A stretch of DNA of 64,000 bases from Eukaryota sp. TZLM1-RC (GCA_040285825.1 JAUPSS010000010.1:248001-312000), one strand, 5' to 3'. Positions 38,301 to 50,679 are shown, counted from the first letter of the stretch. Made by a program: numbers and translations. The notes: a model not told the origin generated them from the sequence alone.

Positions 38301-40041
38301 AGTCAATTTGCGACATGTATGGGATGAACGAAACTTCATGCCAGCTTGATGCACAGAGTCAGTATTTTCAAAAACAGTCTTTAGAGACCTGTTCCAAGAA
38401 GCTACTCGCGTGCAATCATGTAGTTCATCCTTTGCGGTATTTACCAATATAGGAAAATCGGGGAATACCTCGTCCCGAATTCGAGAAATCAGAAATTTCT
38501 GCAATCCTAATAAAAAAATACCCGTGGCGAATCTGATCATTAAGGTTGAGTCAGGCATTTTGAGTCCGGAAGCCCTGCTTTTGCCTGAAAAAAACCTCCC
38601 AGGTAGCAGGATATACGTTCACGAACGTCGCCCTTACGGACATCAAATTTCAACTTAGACATCACCAAGTTGAATTCCTCGTACGAAAAAAACGAAGTGG
38701 GGGATCTTAAATGATCCAGAAAAATTTCATTGGATGAATCGACCCCAGTTATTGTGAGAACCAATGATTCTAACAAGAAGGGGTCAACGAGGAGCCTTGC
38801 TGGAACAAACTTTTTTCTTCAAAGTAGCAGAAGAGTACACCTTCCACTGTTGTAGGAACAACAGAACATCATCCACTTCCATAGAAGCAAGGGACGAATG
38901 TGGTAATTGTGTAGATCACTTCTGCAATGAGGACCAATAATTACTGATGCCGTTAGGCAGAAATACCAAAAGATGAAAAGAAGGAAAGAGAGCGTTATTT
39001 ATAAAAATACTTGTTTTTGAACAAGTGCCACGTCATCATGTGAATTTATGTCTGTCTACTAGGTTAATGTATCAGTAACAACAAAACTACTTCTTCCCAT
39101 TTCCTTTCAACAGTTTCGTAAACCATTTAGCATAATGAAGATATGCGATTTGTGAGATATTGAGGCACGTGGTGTAAATGATTTACTTCGTGCTTAACGT
39201 TTGAGGGGCAATGACGAGCTAGATGGCCTTTCTGATAACATTTAAAACATGTCCCGTCAGTCAATTTGCGACACGTATGGGATGAACGAAACTTCATGCC
39301 AGCTTAATGCACAGAGTCAGTATTTTCAGAAACAGTCTTTAAAGACCTATTCCAAGAAGCTACTCGCGTGCAATCATGTAGTTCATTCTTTGCGGTATTT
39401 ACCAATGTAGGAAAATCGGGGAATACCTCGTCCCGAATTCGAGAAATCAGAAATTTCTGCAATCCTAATAAAAAAAATACCCGTGGGGAATCTGATCATT
39501 AAGGTTGAGTCAGGCATTTTGAGTCGGAAGCCCTGCTTTTGCCTGAAAAAACCTCCCAGGTAGCAGGATATACGTTCACGAACGTCGCCCTTACGGACCT
39601 CAAATTTCAACTTAGACGTCACTAAGTTGAATCCCTCGTACAAGGAAAACGAAGTGGGGAATCTTAAATGATCCAGAAAATTTCATCGGATGAATCGACC
39701 CCAGTTCTTGTGAGAACCAATGATTCTAACAAGAAGGGTCTCAACGAGGAGCCTTGCTGGAACAAACTTTTTCTTCGGAGTAACAGAAGAGTACACCTTC
39801 CACTGTTGTAGGAACAACAGAACATCATCCACTTCTATAGAAGCAAGGGACGAATGTAATAATTGTGTAGATAACTTCTGCAATGAGGACCAATAATTAC
39901 TGATGCCGTTAGGCAGAAATACCAAAGATGAAAAGAAGAAAAGAGAGCGTTATTTATAAAAATACTTGTTTTTGAACAAGTGCCACGTCATCATGTGAAT
40001 TTATGTCTGTCTACTAGGTTAGTGTATCAGTAACAACAACA
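29374..40041 (-). repeat. Tandem array of 11 Gag-only mini LTR element units (~957 bp) sharing 12 LTRs of ~140 bp
   Basis: LTR starts at 29374, 30331, 31287, 32244, 33203, 34160, 35119, 36075, 37031, 37988, 38945 and 39901. Each unit has the junction CAGTAATTATTG, a gag ORF ending in CFKCYQKGHLAR(D/H)C, and a PPT ending ATGGGAAGAAGTAG. Confidence 0.95.
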
Positions 40042-40267
40042 TGAGCTTTACTGAGAGGTATGTTTTGAATACTTTTGTGGACATTCTCAACAAATTGAAA
40101 ATTATGTAGACAATGAGAATGTAAAGAAACAGAAGAAATGTTTTTGACTGGAATTTGTCTTTTTTAACGTAGTTTTCAGCAATAAATTCAATATGATATG
40201 ATAAACATAATATTGATATGATGAATGTTTATGATTTGATAAAAACAATTAACTTACAACAGAATAA

Positions 40268-41050
40268 TGTTGGCGTCGTTATGCTTACATAATATGAATA
40301 GTAACTAAATTAACTTAATTCTAATTCTCGCCGACTTAAAGCATCAATAATTATTGGCCTGTATTAAGTCATAAGGTAAACCATAACTAACAGCATTTCA
40401 TCAGCTAGAAGTCAACCTCAGTCACCCAAAACAGGTGACAGCGTGTCAGACATCTCCAGCCTGATGCTTTCGACATTACACATTCTGACCATAAAATGCA
40501 GCTTAAAAATAGTCAAGGAAACGAGGTTGCGAACCTAACTCCCACTTCCTCCTTCAATGAACACTCAGTTGCAATTGAAAAAATGGACGCGGTACCTTCT
40601 TTATTTAAAATAGATGATTTTAAAACAAAAACTGTATTCCTATTCTGACTCAAACATTGATAAAAGACGGAACGAGAACAAACCCGACTCCTCCTTTCAC
40701 AAATGTAAAAGATTCAGACGCATCAAAAACAGATTACGAGAATGACTTCCTTTCCCCTCTCTAGAGTAAATTCCAGAAAAGATACCAAAAAAGTATCAGA
40801 AATTTTTTCAAACGAAAAAAAACAAACTTATAAAAGCTCTTGAGCACTGAGCAGAGATATTCACGGACCAAGCGCAGAATGTTGCCCCAAAATCTGTGGA
40901 ATAAACAAACGAATCAACGAGATCATGGCCACCCCCATCATTGATTAAATTGATTGGAATGCCTCTCTTTTTAGATCGGTATGTGAGGTGTATAAGGATA
41001 CGCTCTTTTGAGTAACGTGATCTTTCGGATTATGAAAGTATTACGTCACC
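40268..41050 (+). mobile_element. Degenerate 5' end of a family B element (LTR 40268-40346)
   Basis: TGTTGGCG...GCATCA LTR followed by ATAATTATTGGCC and a leader resembling 21610-21720 and 62439-62530. Confidence 0.7.
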
Positions 41051-41055
41051 TGGGG

Positions 41056-42663
41056 ATATGCAGTTTGGGAACTTGCTTAGTTTTCTGACAGGAGGAGCAT
41101 TTTTGGACGTGCTTGCTCATGTCAGTGAACATGTTTGGCGACCTGTAATCGCTGTTTTAGAGTTTGTTTAGGCTTTCAGCTTTGCTTAGGTGACCTTCAT
41201 GCAGGAGTCCGTGCAACAAGTCAAAGGCGTTACTAATAAATGATTCAGGAATCACAATCTTGTAGTCGTAAGTCATAACTAAATCAAGGTGATTATTATG
41301 CACACAGTTTTTAAAAGAGGGGTCTTTGGAAGCTATGGTAAGCTTCTGTTCAGACATTATCTTACAGAGCCATGGCTCGAAAATAGGAAGGTCGGTGGAC
41401 AACGTTTTTTGATGACCATGATGCGTTCGAAGTTGTTCAAGTGTTTGATGTAGTATCTTTCGTTTTTTGTTCCGTCAATTTTATCTATGTACAATATTGA
41501 ATGATAATTCTGAGACGTTTGGTGGGACAGATGATTACTCTCATGATGGTCTGTATGCGGAATCATTTGAGACAATATGTTTGTTCAAAAGTTATCTAAA
41601 AGTGGGAAGAAACGGCTTCAGGATCATTAGGATTGATTGGCATTTTCCTGTTACGAGGAATGTGTTGATGGAAAACACGTTGGTGCAGAATACTAGGATT
41701 AGCATGGGAGCTAGGTTGACTGCCTGAATTGAGCAGTTTTGAGAACGGAAATGGAACTGACTTATGTTGAGCTGGTGTAGAGCATGTTCCTTTCTTAGCC
41801 TGTAACTCTCTATTAATTTTTTGTTTGCGTTCTCAGTTCCGTTGTTTTCGAGTAGGTTCCGTAGAAGGTATTACAATATGATCAGTAGTGAAAAATTCCC
41901 CTGGGTAATCTACTAAATCAGCGAACAACCCCTCGTAAGTCTTCCTCTGCTCTTTGATGGGATAAGAGGGAAATCCTAAAACGCTAGAAGTAGAATCTGT
42001 AGCGGGAGGAGGGGAAAGGGTCAGAATATTTACTCCTCTTATTGTAGAAACGGTTAATAGGAGAGCCTGTTGGTGAAACAACAGGACGTTGAATTGGTTG
42101 CCTTTCAGTTGGGACTCAAGACAGCTGTAGATGAGCTTCTTGTTCCGTTTGAGAAAAATAAAAGGTGGAACTTCAGCTCTTGTTGCCGAAGTAGGGGGAG
42201 GTTAAACTGCCTCACTAATGTGAGAGAAGGGAGAAGATGGGACTTCAGCGCTCCTTTGAGAAACAGAAGGTGGAACTTCTTGCTCCTTTTTGGGGTGAGA
42301 AAGAAGGCATGCTTCAGAAACCTCTTCCTCTTCTTCATATGAAACTAAGGAAGGGCTTCTTCCTTCAAAAGGAACTGTATCTTGAGGAGGGGTACTATAT
42401 TTTATAGGGGCAAAACGCACTGGAAGCACAGCAGCTTCAACGGAAAATGCAGGCATGGAAGCTTGATTCTGAAGATAGTGAGGAAGAGCCTAGGCGAACC
42501 CGTTGGCGACCCAATACGTATTGATGGTCTTGGCTGCTTGTTATGAGGCATACAGTAGGAATGATATGTAATTTATTATGAGGCGAAATGGATTTCCGTC
42601 AATTTGACGTAAAACTAAATAATCTATAATATTGAAAGCTATTGATATTACGCAAGACTGACA
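41056..42663 (-). mobile_element. Deleted family A-like element: 5' LTR 42522-42663, decayed Pro/Ser-rich ORF and integrase zinc-finger fragment
   Basis: Palindrome at 42512-42523, MPHNKQPRPSIRIG start inside the LTR, DLPIFEPWLC...LLHGLLHEGH. Confidence 0.8.
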
Positions 42664-43255
42664 TTTCAACGACTGCAAAAGCGTCAGTGAAAATACTTCA
42701 CATACTCTTGCTTCGAATGGTCGGTTAAAAACAAATGACAAATAAAATGGTTAATAATGTTCTTGTTTCAATTAAAGAAGCTCGTTTAGTTGATTCGGTT
42801 CGTTAAAAGTGTCAATAAATTTATTCATATACAAATTTACTCAGTTTTAACGAACAAGTGGAATGAACTAGTGTCTAGTACATCAGGAGATTGTTTTGAA
42901 ATATTTATTGGTTCTTTCAAGCACGTTCACTGAAGAAACCGAGAAAAGACAATTTTCGGTTATGTAACAAAAAACCGTCGATATTTCCAGTAGATTAATC
43001 GACAATAACCAAAATGACAATTTTGCTTTGAATGGACTTGATGATTTTGTATATTGAACGAATATGAAACAGCTTTGCACGGAAAAGCTTTCTGTAACTT
43101 TTATTATGTCATCATTAAACAGTCACATCAACATCATACAGTTTCAGTTCAATCATATTAACAGTACACAAATGTTGATTGAAATAATTGACATATCAGT
43201 AGAAAAGGCAGGAGAAATGGAAATTTAACTTACAGACTGCAATTTGCAGAAAAAT

Positions 43256-43420
43256 TGTTGCCGTAAGTCTAAAATGATTAAAGAAAGTCTGCTTTATTTT
43301 CCATTCATATGATATAAACCTTCGGGCACAACTTACTTCTTCCTTTTTTCAAAATAAATAAGCTAATAAGAATATGAAACAAAACTATAACAAATAACTA
43401 TACAAACTGAATATTTGTGT
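43256..43420 (-). mobile_element. Family B 3' UTR, PPT and 3' LTR remnant
   Basis: Reverse complement resembles 2990-3131 (TAGTTTTGTTTCATATT...GAAAAAAGGAAGAAG...GACTTACGGCAACA). Confidence 0.7.
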
Positions 43421-43469
43421 TACAGAAACGGTGGTAGGTTTGGAGGAACCTTCTTAAGAGTAGACATAG

Positions 43470-43592
43470 TATACCTGAGTGTAAAGTAATTTATTAAAAG
43501 GGAAAGAGGATTTCCCTCAACTTAAGCGCATGGGCGCATTTGTACAATAAACTATAAGAAAACTGTAATACAAATATTATCCAAGGCTAACA
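43470..43592 (-). repeat. Family A-like LTR remnant
   Basis: Similar to 14604-14737, ending CCAAGGCTAACA. Confidence 0.7.
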
Positions 43593-43691
43593 AAACTAAA
43601 CTATGAGAAGCTATAGTGCGACTAAAGCTAAACTTAACATTTTTTAGTCTTTAGTGAACTGAAGCTGAGTTTTGCGCTAAGTTAACACACA

Positions 43692-45029
43692 TTGTTAACT
43701 CAGTTTCCAATGCTAATTGGGTGCGATCAATTAAATGAAAATGTAACAAAACAAAAGTCAAAACTACAGCAATACATGCTTCTCTATCAATGCTGCCTGA
43801 GTTATCTACGAGGTTTTTCCAAACAGAAGATCTTCGTTGTTAGTGGTCTCCTAGGTTCTATTATACTAGTCTTTGTCGTCTTTTCCTGCTTGTCGGAACC
43901 TTTGGCAACTACTCACACCGAAACTCATCCACCTCCATCACCTAAAGTTGAAGTTACACAGACCTCAAATGTCAAATTCTACGGTTGTAAGCGAGATGCT
44001 GTTGTAGGTGGGGACTTTGATTCCATTAACCATTATGACATTAGCGAGGTTAGAAGAGCTAGCACACCTCAACTCTACAAGGTCTCTACATTTTACGAAG
44101 GGGAGTATTTTCTCAAACTTCAATGCAAGGACACGTTTGGACCATTTCACTTGGGTTCTCAAGGAGTTTTCGAGTATTTAGCCTTTCTTATTGCTGATTT
44201 TCTTAGACTTCCTGTCCCTATTGCATGTCATGTACCTTTAATCCTGGATGCGGCACAATTTCCTTCCTTACCATCCAGCTGTGTTTATAATTATAATGGA
44301 AATTCTGTTGTTATGGGCACTGCCACTCCATCATTAGACTTATCCACTGGCTACAGAAGGTCTAGGTATCCTGGTTATTTCAGAAGGTCTCTACAAGCTT
44401 CAAGGAGAAAGGTTCTTATTCCAGAGGAACACAAGCAAATGGTAAGTGACTTGGTCAGCATTGCTATCATGGACTTTATCATGGTAAATAACGATCGTGA
44501 TGGTAATGCAATGACTAATGTGTTTTATTCAAATGAATTAGAACGGTTTATTCTTATGGACAATGGCTTTATGGGAGGCAGTCCAAAGCTAGAAAGAAGT
44601 ATTTCTATTTGTGACTGGGAATATAGCAGAGATTCCCTTCACAGACCTTCTTTGATTCTTACTCACATGGAGAATCTGACTCCCAAATACGAAGAAAAAG
44701 TTCCTCGCACTGTCTTTTGTGTTCATTCCAAGAAATTATTTAATCATCTCAAGAAGAATTCTGAAGAAGTTACTGCTTTTCTGATGCAACACTTTGTAGA
44801 ATCACCTGTTGTACAAGTAATGATTGATAATTTTGACCTAGCAGGTGATCTTTCAGCAGAGGATTTACTTTTACGTAATGTTGAAGGTTGTGAATTTGAA
44901 GATGGTCTCTCAGGTAGGCAAGTGTTTGTTCAACTGGTAGACATTTTCCATCGAAGAGTTAATAATTTACTGGTCAAGCTGAAGGGCTGTAAGGGTAAGT
45001 ACGGTGCAGAGTTTGTTTGGCAACTTTAG
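43692..45029 (+). CDS. Type II membrane Fam20/four-jointed-like secretory-pathway kinase (true start probably ATG 43710 or 43775)
   Basis: N-terminal TM helix, YFLK, EYLAFLIADFLRLPVP, IMDFIMVNNDR, ILMDNG; Cys-rich lumenal domain. Confidence 0.65.
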   Translation: MLTQFPMLIGCDQLNENVTKQKSKLQQYMLLYQCCLSYLRGFSKQKIFVVSGLLGSIILVFVVFSCLSEPLATTHTETHPPPSPKVEVTQTSNVKFYGCKRDAVVGGDFDSINHYDISEVRRASTPQLYKVSTFYEGEYFLKLQCKDTFGPFHLGSQGVFEYLAFLIADFLRLPVPIACHVPLILDAAQFPSLPSSCVYNYNGNSVVMGTATPSLDLSTGYRRSRYPGYFRRSLQASRRKVLIPEEHKQMVSDLVSIAIMDFIMVNNDRDGNAMTNVFYSNELERFILMDNGFMGGSPKLERSISICDWEYSRDSLHRPSLILTHMENLTPKYEEKVPRTVFCVHSKKLFNHLKKNSEEVTAFLMQHFVESPVVQVMIDNFDLAGDLSAEDLLLRNVEGCEFEDGLSGRQVFVQLVDIFHRRVNNLLVKLKGCKGKYGAEFVWQL

Positions 45030-45211
45030 TTTTTGTTTTGCGGTTGTTTTTTGTAATTAAATTATGTTTTTATTATTGTTTTATTAATAGAATTTAGTGA
45101 AACTTATCAAAAACGAAAAAGCAAAAGACAAGGAAAACAATAGTGAATTTCAATGAATTTATGTGAGTACATCATTCCCAAATGAAATTGACTGAATTAT
45201 TTTCTATAAAT

Positions 45212-46282
45212 GCGAGTCTCACTGCAGATGCATTAATTTGGAAAGTCTGTTTTATCTTTGGCATACCGTTTTAAATCCACAGCGATAATGGACCCGAATT
45301 TTCCAAGGCTGTCTTTGACGAACTAAGCAAATTTTTTTGCATAGATGTGTCAAAGACAATTCCCAGGTTTTCTCAGTCTAACGGTATGGTAGATTGCCGA
45401 CAAAGAGACATTCTGCAAAACCTACGGAAATTGCTCGTAGACTTCAACGCCTACAACCTGTGGTCTGAACATTTGCCCTATGTGCAACTATTGATCAACT
45501 CCTCCATGAGTTCAATAACTAACCACACTCCATACCAAGTGATCCTTGATTCTGATGTGTCGCCTAGTTCTGACCCTGGTAAAATTCTTGAAATTATTGA
45601 AAGCTCGACGTCTGAGTCATTTTTTGTTCAAGAAATTCAATCAAAATTTCGTAGATTGAAAAAAAACAGGAAAAGGCAGCACACCATCAAGCTTTCAAAG
45701 CTTCCAAGCTAAATAGATCATCAACTCCAAAACCTTTTGAAGTTGGCCCATTGGTATTGAAAGCTTTCAGCACCACTGCTAAGCTTCACGGAAACTTCTT
45801 AGGACCTTTCCTACTTACCGAAATAGTTTCTAATTCCTCTGCGAAATTGAAGAACCTTTGCACAGAGACCGAAGTTCAAGCTAGCCTCAAACAATTAACA
45901 TCTTGGCATACCAGTCTTCAAGTTATTGATTAGTTCCACTCATGGGTTGCCGCCGGTGATAATGAAGAACACATCATCGAAAAAGTGATCAATCAAGATG
46001 ACGAGTACTGCCAAGTACTATGGCCGGGTGCAGAGATCATTACTGAACACTTATCCTCAGTCAAGAATACCGCAGCGTATCAAAACTCTCTCAAAACTAC
46101 AAAGGCATTTAGCCGTCCCAAAGTCGCTCCTCCAAATGTTAGTTTTGAATAGTATTAATAGCTCTAGTATTATAGTTTATTGATATTTACTTCTGTTAAG
46201 TTGAGGAAATCCCAATTTTATTCGTGATAAATCTCATTACATTTGAGATCTGTCTAACCCTAACAAACAGCCTAGACCATCA
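45212..46282 (+). mobile_element. 3' end of a family A element: integrase core, chromo-like tail and LTR (46137-46282)
   Basis: HSDNGPEF, SNGMVD, EEHIIEKVI; LTR TGTTAG...CCTAGACCATCA. Confidence 0.85.
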
Positions 46283-46379
46283 AAATTAGAATTTTTAAGT
46301 AGAGCTGACTACAATGCCACGCCTGTTTTACCTACAGCTTTCTGGCAAATGAATTTAGCAGTTTGAGAACTCCGAAGCT

Positions 46380-48600
46380 GTTCTTGACTTTGTCTCATGT
46401 AATGTTGCAAATGAAACTTTGGTTCAAAAAAGAAAACTTAATCCTGTAGATGCTCTTGAATTTAAAGCCCAAGAAAAACGTTGAAAATATGACAAAAATA
46501 TCGAACATCCTAATGATGATAGAAATAGAGCACTTGTCCTAATTGCTTCCCCAATATGTATATACGGAAGATTAACAGTAGAAGCAAACTTTGTTGAATG
46601 ATTTCCAAAAAATGGTTCAAGAAATTACAATCGTGTTGACTGGCAAAACAGGATTGTATTTTCTATTTTTATGGGAATGGTAAAACTAATTTCTGATTCA
46701 CTCTCTTTTTTTGGGAAATTTTCTGAATCTTCATCAATTAATTGTTTTATTAATCTCTTTATGGCGCTTTCGGATTCAAGTTGCCATTATTCATAGAATA
46801 CCTCGGTTTTTCAATCGAATTAGCGACACTTTAGCTAGACATCAAGCAGCTCAAGATTTTGTAAAGGAAATCATGGTTCAATGAATTTCGTCCCATTGGT
46901 TTTGTTTTTTGATTTATTTTTATTTATTTTAATAAAAAAACTATACGACAAAGTTAAAATTCTATATCTTCATAACCCAAATCAGCCAAGAAGAATTGAC
47001 TGGAAGTTTTTCTTTCATACAAGCGTCCAAGAGATAACAAAGCTGAAGATAATAAGGGAATAGCACCTTTGAAAATTGAAACAACAATTCTGTTTTGCCA
47101 AAAACTCTTCCAGTACGATGTTTCACAATTTCAACAAAATCATCCAAGAAAGATAAAGCAAGAGGTCCAAGCGAGCCATGAAGGGAAACTGCAATTGGAC
47201 AGAAGACATAGTGAATATGCGATTCTGCATTCAAGGATCACAATTTTGCTTTGTGTTTGTCAATTTTGGCTTTTTCGAAAACAGTTAAGGGGTCCCTATA
47301 TTTTGATTGAGCCATTGGTATAAAAGAATTATTACACACATCGGTGGATCTCACATCTGTAATAATGGTAGTACCTTCAAGATCTTCAAGCATTAAATCA
47401 CCCCTATTTCGACCAAATGAATTCAAAGTATCTTCATCAACCAAACTAGGGAGTAATGGTTCTAAATAGCAAACAATTCTATGTGATTGTGACATACAAT
47501 AGAGTTGATTTCTTACTGCATCATGAACTTTAGATCGGAAAGTAATAAAATGTTTACAATTAAATAGATGATTAGGGGAAATTTCTCCAGGGATCGATGG
47601 TTTTCTCAACGTTGTAAATTGTTGTCTCGGTAGATGTCTGCAAAAATTCTGCTGCTCGTTTGGTGTATTCCGCTGATTCGCCACTGTCTAACGCCGAAAA
47701 ACAATAAACAAATAAGAAGAACCATTGGCACAATTAGGTAGAGTCGAGCATGTGAATTATCAGTTTGTGCCATTTGCAATTTCTCTTTTTGGCAATATTG
47801 TACCTCCATGTTTACACTTTTTTGAAAATTTCAAAAAAGTTTACTGAATAGATCTCGTAAAAAATCAATTCCACTTTCTGGTTAAATAGATTCGTTTTTT
47901 GCATTTTCAAGTCTATTACAACAATGATTTCTAAAGCTCTTTTAGCTATTGATGTTGGCTGATGAATCTGATATAAATATTTTGGTGACAACTGTGGTGA
48001 TGTGCTAGTTCCCGGTCTTGATGGATCAATGATCATTATTGATGTCAGATCTACTGATGTATCAAACAGCTCAAATGAAAAACTGGCACAATCTTAAATT
48101 TCACCTTTACATAGAGCTGAAGAAGCGAAAATTATTAAGTACACAGAAAAAATCAATAATCTGAATTCCAACTCACATACTCAATACATTCTTTGTCCTT
48201 TTGCTGTTTCTTTATTTGGAACCTTGGGTAAAACTGTGTTATCTTTCTTGGACGATTTCTCATCTATTGTCAAAAATAGAACTGGAAGAATATTTGACCG
48301 AATCTTTTGGCAAAACAGAATTGTATTTTCTATTTTTAAGGGAATGTATAGTCTTGTTTCTAGCTCGTTGTTATCACTAGGAAATTTTTATGAAGAAAAA
48401 ACTGTAGGTAAATTTTCAATGGTAGATGTGGAGTATGAGAAGATTGATTTTTAGTTTCTTTTATAATTTTGTTTGAATAAAATATGTATCGAAAAAAATT
48501 GATGTAGAATATGAACGAAATGCTGTCAGTTGGTTTAGTAATAGTGATGCTTGTTTGGAGGATATTGAATATTAGATAGAATTTTATTTCAATAAAAATA
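46380..48600. mobile_element. Nested mosaic of RLE non-LTR 3' ends from several families on both strands
   Basis: Repeated HDAVR, RGDL and WQNRIVFSIFK motifs; 47956-48497 is inserted into another RLE copy with an A-tail and duplicated ATTGATGT. Confidence 0.8.
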
Positions 48601-48679
48601 CAGTACTTTAAAACAATGATTATGGAAATTGGTCAACCTGTGTACCTATATCCCAACTATTAAAAAATTCAACTAAGAT

Positions 48680-48895
48680 AAACTGGTTTTAGCTTATATG
48701 AAATTATGTTCAGGTCTTTGATTAGTCCAAGAACAGACGCTATTTTTTTAGAGCAAATATATAAGGAAATTTATCCAAAATAAACAACTAATATACCTTT
48801 ATTGGATGACATTAAATTTGAAAATAATCATCTGCCTGAAAAAAGGGAAGAAGCAGAGTGTCACCAAGCTATAAATACTCCGACTTCAGTAGACA
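48680..48895 (+). pseudogene. Family B integrase C-terminal remnant including the internal PPT copy
   Basis: Similar to 2215-2415; contains AAAAGGGAAGAAGCAG at 48841-48856. Confidence 0.7.
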
Positions 48896-49051
48896 ATACT
48901 ATTTAATTCAAATGCTGGAAGATCATTTTTGGGAATATTGATCAGGAATGTGCCACACGGGCGGTGTTTGAGAAAATTAACCTTCAAATCGTGTAAAATA
49001 AATAGAAAATAAATAAAATATTTATAACTTAAAAAAACCAAGTCAAAAGGA

Positions 49052-50638
49052 TTAAACTTGAATTTCAAGACTGATATTTTCTAGCAAAAAATTAAAATCT
49101 TCCTCAAATCGTTCATAAACAATCTTACAGAGCAGACTACCTTTTTCCAGACACTTTCCAGGCTTATAACCTCCAGCATGAATAGAAGGAAGTTTTTCAA
49201 CAAGTGCCTCAATGGATTCTTGAGTTTTAAGCACGGCATAGCTCTTCACCAAAGAGTTATACCACTGAGGAAGTACGTGATAGTTACCAGTTTTAATGTA
49301 CCAATAAGCAAAGATTTCTTGTTCAGAGCCAGACAAGGTGTTTGCACTTTTAACTGTATAATGCCATCCGTTGTAATTCTTAAGCATATCTTGCCAAAAA
49401 TCAATGAAATCATCAGCTAAATTTGGGGAAAAGACAAGAAAACCACCATTGAGGATTGATCCATGGGAAGCACCTGGAGTGGCAAGTAACGATTCAGCCG
49501 GAACTGGTACGTCAAAAAGATGATCCATGGACTGAAGAGGGAAGTAATCCCAGTCGACGCTAATAAGCCGTTTGACAGGTTTCTTGAGGTAATTGTTGAG
49601 TTTTTGAAGGTAATAAGCCTTGACATAAAAGGAAGCTCGGTAGTGAGCAAAGCCAAAGATCTCTTGAGGAGCAAAGTCAAGAACCTGTTGAAAAGTAACA
49701 ACTTCAACATTTGGAATCATACTTGAATCAAGTACCTTTTCAAAACCGTCAGCACAAGAGTCTTGAACAAAAAGAATAATGCGTCTATCAGAGAACTTTC
49801 GGACCTGATGGACAGAGAGCATCATACCAGCCAATGAAGCAGGAGACATCGAGAGAGGGTCACATTGATCAGATCCATCAATAGCAATGAAAGTGTAAAC
49901 ATAAGCAGTATCTCTCTTTCTGTACATTGGTTTATTGTTGTGCAGGTCTTGCTGAGAAAGTACTTTTATATGGGGTCTATCTGAATTGTAATCTTGTTCA
50001 GCTTGCCATATGAGGTTCCATGCTTTCTGTGATGGAACAAACACAGTATATGGAGCAATCAGTTTTCCATTCATCGTTTCAGGAGGAGAAAGTTCCATTA
50101 GTGGAAGTTGAACAATCTCACTCGAATTTATCTTACGACGAGAAACAACAACCCATGCATCCTTAGCAACAGATATCTTGACAGGATAAAATGGATTTAC
50201 ATATAAAGCACGTTGTAAAAGATTGTTGTAATGAGGACGGCCAAGAACAACTTGATGGAGTATAATGTTGAAGTAACCAGCTTCAGGATGTGGAATTTCA
50301 TCTAGACTTTTTACTAGGATAGGAGATACTCCGAATCTTTCAAAAGTGAGGTGTGCAGTTTCTGCTGAGGCCACTGTGGTAGAAATCATGTACCATTTAG
50401 CTCCCAGCAGATTCCCTTCCATATCAGTGAATAGATTCTCAGTGTGTGATGCAGATGCGAGGTGAAAGTGAGCAACTTGTTGAAGTTCATTTAGTGATAA
50501 GACTTTGAAAGAGAAGATGGCAGATACTAACAAGACTAGACCCACAGTGGCTTTTACACCATTTTTCGACTTTGCGCAATGATACTGAACTACAGATGAA
50601 GTGGTTTTTAAGATAGTTAAGGAATGTTTGATAGCCAT
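49052..50638 (-). CDS. Type II membrane glycosyltransferase with C-terminal GT8 (glycogenin-like) domain
   Basis: N-terminal TM helix; DxD in ISVDWDYFPLQSMDHLF, LNGGFLVFSP, GSEQEIF, LPQWYN, IHAGGYKP. Confidence 0.75.
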   Translation of the reverse strand: MAIKHSLTILKTTSSVVQYHCAKSKNGVKATVGLVLLVSAIFSFKVLSLNELQQVAHFHLASASHTENLFTDMEGNLLGAKWYMISTTVASAETAHLTFERFGVSPILVKSLDEIPHPEAGYFNIILHQVVLGRPHYNNLLQRALYVNPFYPVKISVAKDAWVVVSRRKINSSEIVQLPLMELSPPETMNGKLIAPYTVFVPSQKAWNLIWQAEQDYNSDRPHIKVLSQQDLHNNKPMYRKRDTAYVYTFIAIDGSDQCDPLSMSPASLAGMMLSVHQVRKFSDRRIILFVQDSCADGFEKVLDSSMIPNVEVVTFQQVLDFAPQEIFGFAHYRASFYVKAYYLQKLNNYLKKPVKRLISVDWDYFPLQSMDHLFDVPVPAESLLATPGASHGSILNGGFLVFSPNLADDFIDFWQDMLKNYNGWHYTVKSANTLSGSEQEIFAYWYIKTGNYHVLPQWYNSLVKSYAVLKTQESIEALVEKLPSIHAGGYKPGKCLEKGSLLCKIVYERFEEDFNFLLENISLEIQV

Positions 50639-50679
50639 CAATTAGCAGTGGTTAGGCCTAAGTAAATTAAAGAATGAGA

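Noticed and set aside
29374-40041. CRISPR-like or simple satellite interpretation of the long repeat
   Set aside because: Units are near-identical LTR plus gag segments with no unique spacers, and the context is eukaryotic.
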